A stretch of DNA of 64,000 nucleotides from Trichoplax adhaerens (lineage: Eukaryota; Animalia; Placozoa), in NCBI RefSeq assembly GCF_000150275.1, contig NW_002060948.1, forward strand, positions 4,166,759-4,230,758, written 5' to 3'. Of the stretch, positions 57,614 through 64,000 are shown piece by piece. Each line of letters opens with the position of its first letter. Position 1 is the stretch's first letter. Under the pieces are notes generated by a model. That model saw only the letters and a program-made list of their open reading frames with translations. It ran no database searches and was not told where the DNA came from. A program made the position numbers and the translations under genes.

Positions 57614-60600
57614 ATGGCTCGCCCCGATGATGGAATGGAGGAACACCTTCAGGGATATGAATATTCCAAAGTTCGTGTTATTAAGGGACTCAAAGATCGC
57701 AACCTAGTTGGAGTTTTAGCTTTGTTAGTTGTCTTATTGCTGATTGGCCTTGTAGTAGCAGTGGTAGTACTGCGCCAAAATAAAAGTACCGGCGGTAACA
57801 CCGCAAGCAATTCCAGTGTCTGCACTGAATCGTATTGTTATACAACATCAGCGGAGATTTTATCTACCATCAATACTTCTGTTAATCCTTGTGATGACTT
57901 TTTCCAATACGCTTGTGGCACTTGGATGGCTAACCATGATATTCCAGATGATCGTTCTAGGTATATGACATTTACCGTAGTGTCCGAAAGGAATGAAAAA
58001 ATCCTACGAAAGCTTCTCTCAACTAACGTTTCAGCACAGAGTGGCGTAGGCGAGCAAAAAGTTGTAGGATATTATCAGTCTTGCTTCAACGATATTTATA
58101 CTGAAAAGGCAAGCAGGCTCGAATTAATAAAAAGAATTGGAATGCTAGGTGGATGGAGTGCGGTTCCAAGTATTATGATTGTTAATCTAAACACTTGGAA
58201 TTTTAACCAAACCTTGGCTAAGATTGCTTCTGGGTATGACATTAATCCCTTTTTTAGCATTTGGGTTTCTTCTGATTTAAAAGATGCCAAGACAACGATC
58301 ATCGAGGTAGATTTGATTTTCTGTCGGCTAGTTGATTTCTAATTTTTTATCTGCTAAAATACTTTTCGATCTAAAATTTTACGTATTGGAGATTTATGAT
58401 ACCCTAATTTAGATAAAAAAAAAAGATTATGGAGTGATAGATTTATATAAGGATTTTATGCGTGCTTAATTAAGAATGCGACAGCTTAATTCAATCATGT
58501 CGGTAAGCGTTTGAATTCAGTATCTGCCATTTAACGAAAACGAAATGAAAATTTTCCCATTTCATCACCCTTATACAAACATAGTACAGATATATTAATA
58601 GAAGCGGTAGTACGTGCATTGTATATTTATCATGCTAGTAAACGTTTTAGACTCGATATCTATCGCTTTATAAATACGTATATAGAATTTCCTCGATCCG
58701 ATGGCTTGTAATAATAAAGTAATTTATGATATAAATAATCTTCCATGTACTTTATTTATTTAAAATGTGAACACCAATCTGTCGAATTTACAGCTTATCG
58801 GAATCGAAAAAGGTTCCATGATTCGGATATATACTTATAGTTTATAGTTCAGCATCGGAAATATTGCAATTCTAACATTGATTAATAATAATTAGAAAAT
58901 TATGCAGTATATTATGCAATGTAAAAGGAAGGGGTGGTGAATACTTTCGTTAATAATTTCGAAATTTGCCGTATTGAGTCGTATAGTACGGGATGCTTAT
59001 TTTTGCATTTTGTTTATTAATGGAAGGTATAAAAAGCTCCGTATTAGTTAGGAAGACCGTCTCTAGTTCTATAGCTTAGAGTGAAAGATAATTAAAAGAA
59101 AATTATCACAAAGCTTTTTTGTTACAGTTGCCATTTAATCGTCAGTTCACATTCTAAGTATTTGTTCACTATCACTGAAAAGAGCCCCTACTGGTACTAG
59201 TATTAAAATATTTCACAAATAATCAGAATTTTTATGTTTACTGTAATATCGATTGATTTATAATACTCTATTAAGGCTTGCATCAGCTTAAGCTATTATT
59301 ATATGAGCTTGTAAAATAATGTAACAATTTAGTTGACTCGGTAACACATTAAAAACGAAAGATATCTGTGGGTTGCCATTATTATCAAGTGACTGTCATT
59401 GTACTGAATAGCATGTATTACTGAACCAAAAAATTGCTAAAATAAATCTGTGAGAATGATTTGCATAGGCTTGATCGGATCTCGGGGATTATAAATCGCA
59501 TAGGTCATAATATGTAGCAAATTTATTAACTAAGAGCTGTATGGAGATTGATAAGTTAACAACTATTCTAGATTCTAAGTGACGCATCTATCAATGATAG
59601 GCATATACTCGTATGTCAAACTACTAAAGATTAAACGTGATCTTCGCCTGAAAATCACGTTAGACGTCGAAATATAATTAGAAGAATTTCATAACTTAAT
59701 GCTTTATGGAAACGAATGAAGACTTTAATTTTAGTTGTTGGGATCTGAAAAACCTTGTCTCAATGTGTCTTTTATTTCATCATTTTACAATAGATGACAC
59801 AAGGTGGAATCACTCTACCAGGTGTTCGTTTCTATACTTACAACGAGACTCATTCGGTAAGTGAATAATGTTTTGCCTTGAAAGGGAATTTTAGATGGAT
59901 AACTATTTGGATTACAGTAAATTTGTATTGTAGAGTTATTTACTAGCCATTTCGATAGGATTCGCACAATACAAAAAGTTTTATCAATATCATGGCAACT
60001 TATTTACTTATTTGCTGATCATTTCTGCATCAGGCTGTAGTTGCACTGATTGAATATATGACAGAAGTAGCAACGCTACTTGGTGCAACTAACAGAACGA
60101 AAACGATGGAAAAGATGACCGAAGTTTACCGATTCGAAAAGCGTCTGGCTAGGGTATGGTACCTGATTGTATCTGTTTTCGTTACCTTGCTATAGATCAT
60201 TTCAGTTTATGTTTAAATCTTTTGAAATGATGTTGTGTATCATAGCAACTCACATATAGTAGGCATTGATCGAAAACGGAATTGTTTCATAAATTATCGA
60301 TACTAATTTCACGTCAATTTATTGCTTTTAGGCATATATAAGCAACTTGAATTTGGAGAATGAAGCAGTCAGATACAACAAGGTTATGCTTAGCCAAGTT
60401 AAGGCTGCATGTCCAGCGGTAAGTTTCTAGCAGTATACGTGTCCTTACTTAGGTTTGTCTTGGCGACCACTTAGTGTTGGCCGCATAAAATTACAAATTT
60501 CCGATTAAATTAAATGAATTTCGATGAAATTCTATCCTTCGGTGCGTTATTGACATCATTTTCCCATTAGATTGATTTCAATCAATATGTAAACCTACTG

Positions 60601-61575
60601 TTTGGTAGAACAATTCCTAATACTCAGCCTGTCGTTAATTATGCAATGAATTACTTCAAGAGAATGAGCGCAATTATTTCTAATACATCTAAAGAGTAAG
60701 GCATTTAACTATAATGTTCAAACGTTATAAAATACGATTGTATCAGTGTTGTAATAATGACTAGTAGCTTAAAGTTAGAGATTTACCTAGTTCTAGTAAA
60801 CTATTACAACGTCTATTTATACAATTTATTTTTTGACTAGGACTTTAAATAACTATTTGATTTGGCATTTTGTGAAGACTTTTACATCTGCAGCAGATTC
60901 GAAACTGTTGAGAGCTTACCAGAAATATCGTGAAGCTCTATATGGCAAAGCAACTCCTTCTCCGCAATGGAGAACCTGTGTTTATCGGGCCAATGCTGCT
61001 CTTGGTATGGCTTCTGGTGCGATGTTCGTACGGCATTCTTTTAATGGACAAAGTCGAACGACGGTAAGTGATAGTGTATATGACAAAGCAATGCATCTAG
61101 TTAACTCTTAACTATAGTAAATCAATCAGAGATGATATGGCGCTACTTTTACGCTCGTTATTTTAAGCATACTTAAATTAAAACTCTGCGTTTCTTTCAA
61201 ATCAATGGATAATAGGCCCATTCTATGGTACAAGGAATTCGAAGTGCATTTCTGAAAGCTTTGCCATCGTTAAATTGGATGGATGCACAAACACGTAAAG
61301 TCGCTGCTGAAAAGGCCAATGCGATCCACGACCAGATTGGTTATCCAGATTTTATCCTTAATGAAGCCCAATTAGCACAATTTTATTCTAACTTTCCTGT
61401 TAATGAAAGCTATTATTTCATTAACGTTATTGCCAGAAGGATTTATGCTATGAAAGTTAATCTAGACCAACTTGGTAAACCTTTCAATAAAAATCGTTGG
61501 TCTATGACTCCCTCCACCGTAAATGCTTATTATAGTGCTAATCGGAATCAAATTGAGCCTGAAATAGTGATCTAA
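57614..61575 (+). pseudogene. M13 peptidase copy C, C-terminally truncated (556 aa; lacks HExxH and ExxxD)
   Basis: Exons 57614-58306, 59794-59856, 60034-60153, 60332-60418, 60571-60695, 60841-61063, 61216-61575. Intact and in frame until VNAYYSANRNQI (~61555), then unrelated EPEIVI*. I could not find the remaining catalytic exon sequence downstream in the window. Confidence 0.75.
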
Positions 61576-62669
61576 ATATTTTTTTTACTTTAAGAATGAT
61601 ATCAGTTTGATAATAGCAATAAAATTATGTTCGACTCTGTACCAACGCATAGAATGATTGATAGTGATGTTAGTTCGCAGTCCATATTGAGTCGCTCAAT
61701 AACATCAATGCACATAGTGATACACAGAAAAGGCTTGCAAAAGCTAATTTTAAGATCACCAAATAACTACCAGCCTCTGCTAGTGTTAATGACTTGTGAT
61801 GTACATAATCTTTGCTATTTTTAGTTTTATCATATGGACTACGATGTGATATTGAAAACCAGCCGTTGTATGTAATCATACCCTTGCTGCTTAAGGTAGA
61901 GAAGAATATCTAAAGAAATTTGATCACTATGTTGAGGCCATTCTGTGGCAAAAAACATTCGACAGCATTCATTCATTAGCCTATTGCCGTGGCTAAATTT
62001 TATGCATGCACAAGCACCTGTAGTCGTTGCTGAAAATATAAAACACACGTATTCGCGATCAAATTGAATATTATTCAAAATTTATTCTTGATGTACCAAT
62101 ACTGCTAATTATAATCAAAGTTATTATGTATATTAGGCTATTGATATGAATAGAACTTTGTAAGAACTAATGCTCTGAAAACTAATTTTAAAGATTGAGT
62201 ATAGGTCTCATTTATTGACAATGAGGATAATTTTCTAATATATCTTGGTATCGATTTCATTCGAAGCGAGTAATTGCTATATTCTATCTTAACCTATCCA
62301 TCTTATTCGACCTAGAAAAAATAGAGTAGTTAGTAATAGCTAAAGCATATCTTAATTCTAACCTAGGTAAAATAGAGCGGTTTATTCCAATATCGCTTGT
62401 CTCTATTATTGTTATTATTACTGAGGAAATATATTTGTCGTCCATCATACATTACTTAAATAGCAAATAAAATATGTCTTCATTTAAGCCTCATAAGTTA
62501 GCGTACAATATTATTTGATGAGACATATACTGCACTTGCACATCTGGCGAAGAAATGCTGTGATCATCGTATAAATATTTTATAAATATATTCCATTCGT
62601 AGTCATACTGTAGCTGTACGGTATTCAATGGATTAATGCGACGTTGATCCAAATCTACCGCGTTGCTAC

Positions 62670-63647
62670 TTAATGATCTTGATAGGGGAACGAACCAGAT
62701 ATCATGAAATTGATATCATTGGACACTTGACTAAGATAGGATTTAAATGAATGTTCATGCACTGCAGTTTCGACTTCATAAGCAATTGATCGACCAATGG
62801 CTTCTGCTTTCTTTCTAAAATTGCCCCAAAAAGTGCCATCACTTTTATCTCGATCCTTTTCTGACGGTGTTTTATTGTCGGAACTACAATTCCCATTCAG
62901 TATCGGATGGACGACGACATTATAAGACTCAAACAATACTAATAGGTAGTCTTGGCATTCTTGAAGTGAATATTGATTCGTGAGTTTCTTTTCATCTTTC
63001 AAAACTTGAAGTACTATTTCAGAAATAGCTCGTTCTGTAGCCATAATGTTAGCCGCTTCTTGCTTGTTTTTACCCATAGTACGTAGAGAGTTGTATCTAC
63101 GAAATACATATGCCAAAGATTTATCTTGGGATGATAACGTGACCGCAACAAGAGATACATGATCTTTCTCTTTGATATGATTTACAACCATGGTCGATTT
63201 TGTGTTCGGGATGAGTTTAGCTCCACCATAACAAATTACTACTAAACGCTTAGTGTTTTGTTGTTCTACCAAGTTGAGTGCAAGATCGGTCAAGGTTGCA
63301 CCATGACTATGAGCTAAAATAACACCGTAGATAACATTTGGGGGATCACAAGACGAATAGAGAGTTTGCATTTTATTCTGAAGTACCGTAGCTAGTCGAC
63401 TGGCCGATTCGGCTTGACGATTGATTTCTTCTTGGTGATCTAAAAATGTGCTAAAAACATAATTGACTATATTGGTTCTGTTATGGAATAAGTCAACAGA
63501 GAATGAATTGGAATGCATTCCCAGTAAATCAGTAATCCTGGCAACCGAGTTTTGAGCATCAGCAAAACTATTTCCAAGTCCATTGACATAGAGGAAGAAA
63601 GCTCCTGATTTGAGTTGCATCTGGCAAGGATTACAATAGTTGGACAT
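62670..63647 (-). CDS. Intronless putative alpha/beta-hydrolase (lipase-like), bacterial-type hypothetical protein, 325 aa
   Basis: Long single ORF in AT-rich DNA. N-terminal LYVNGLGN (oxyanion-strand-like); nucleophile elbow ILAHSHGA (G/A-x-S-x-G); VICYGGA; candidate acid KDHVS; candidate His HEHSFKSY near the C-terminus. Confidence 0.7.
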   Translation of the reverse strand: MSNYCNPCQMQLKSGAFFLYVNGLGNSFADAQNSVARITDLLGMHSNSFSVDLFHNRTNIVNYVFSTFLDHQEEINRQAESASRLATVLQNKMQTLYSSCDPPNVIYGVILAHSHGATLTDLALNLVEQQNTKRLVVICYGGAKLIPNTKSTMVVNHIKEKDHVSLVAVTLSSQDKSLAYVFRRYNSLRTMGKNKQEAANIMATERAISEIVLQVLKDEKKLTNQYSLQECQDYLLVLFESYNVVVHPILNGNCSSDNKTPSEKDRDKSDGTFWGNFRKKAEAIGRSIAYEVETAVHEHSFKSYLSQVSNDINFMISGSFPYQDH

Positions 63648-64000
63648 GGTTGTTCAGCAGTTGTTATTACGTTTCTAGAGTAATTGTATGACAATCAAGT
63701 TACTGGTGTCTCCTTCTCTTCAATGGTACGGATTGGATAGCCCACAGATCGTCTATCACTTTAATTTAATATTATGTCAATCTTGTCCAGGCTATACGCG
63801 ATACAAACTTTCACTCCGACGATTTCGGATTTCAAGTTAGCTATGGTCTGACATTATATCATCACTAATCCGTTCTTAACAATATTTCCAAATAGGTCGC
63901 TAAGAAGGGTCCAAACTTAGCAGAAAATAGCTTGCTATTACTTGCCTAGCTAAATTCATAAGGCGTATTGACAGGTCTTCACTAGACATTCGTCCATTCA

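Noticed and set aside
55370-61440. Gene conversion between M13 copies B and C (near-identical peptide stretch)
   Set aside because: Synonymous positions differ frequently, which points to purifying selection rather than recent conversion.
61627-62078. Short ORFs / exon-like pieces after the M13 copy C breakpoint
   Set aside because: No similarity to the missing M13 C-terminus or to any family I recognise.

Overview
AT-rich eukaryotic (animal) genomic DNA with spliceosomal GT-AG introns. Compact introns, base composition and gene content suggest an early-branching metazoan, most likely a placozoan (Trichoplax-like); this is an inference. I built exon models by hand, and every model closes in frame. 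In order, the window holds: (1) an intronless divergent rhodopsin-class GPCR on the minus strand; (2) a possible decayed Mab-21/cGAS-like pseudogene (low confidence); (3) five co-oriented housekeeping genes, LZIC, a compact SPEN (4 RRM + SPOC), a Y-box cold-shock protein, EFHD/swiprosin and eIF5A; (4) three tandem M13 (neprilysin/ECE-like) metallopeptidase genes, the third broken off before its zinc-binding motif; (5) an intronless bacterial-looking alpha/beta-hydrolase-like ORF on the minus strand. The main unexplained signal is a dense self-complementary (TACAG/CTGTA)n array just upstream of each of the five housekeeping genes, with none at the GPCR, M13 or hydrolase genes. Two arrays are directly preceded by copies of the same ~400-bp inverted-repeat (MITE-like) element, and a third by a different fold-back element. 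The gene set also mirrors linked human paralogous regions (1p36/1p34, 17p13, 2q37, 3q25-27).
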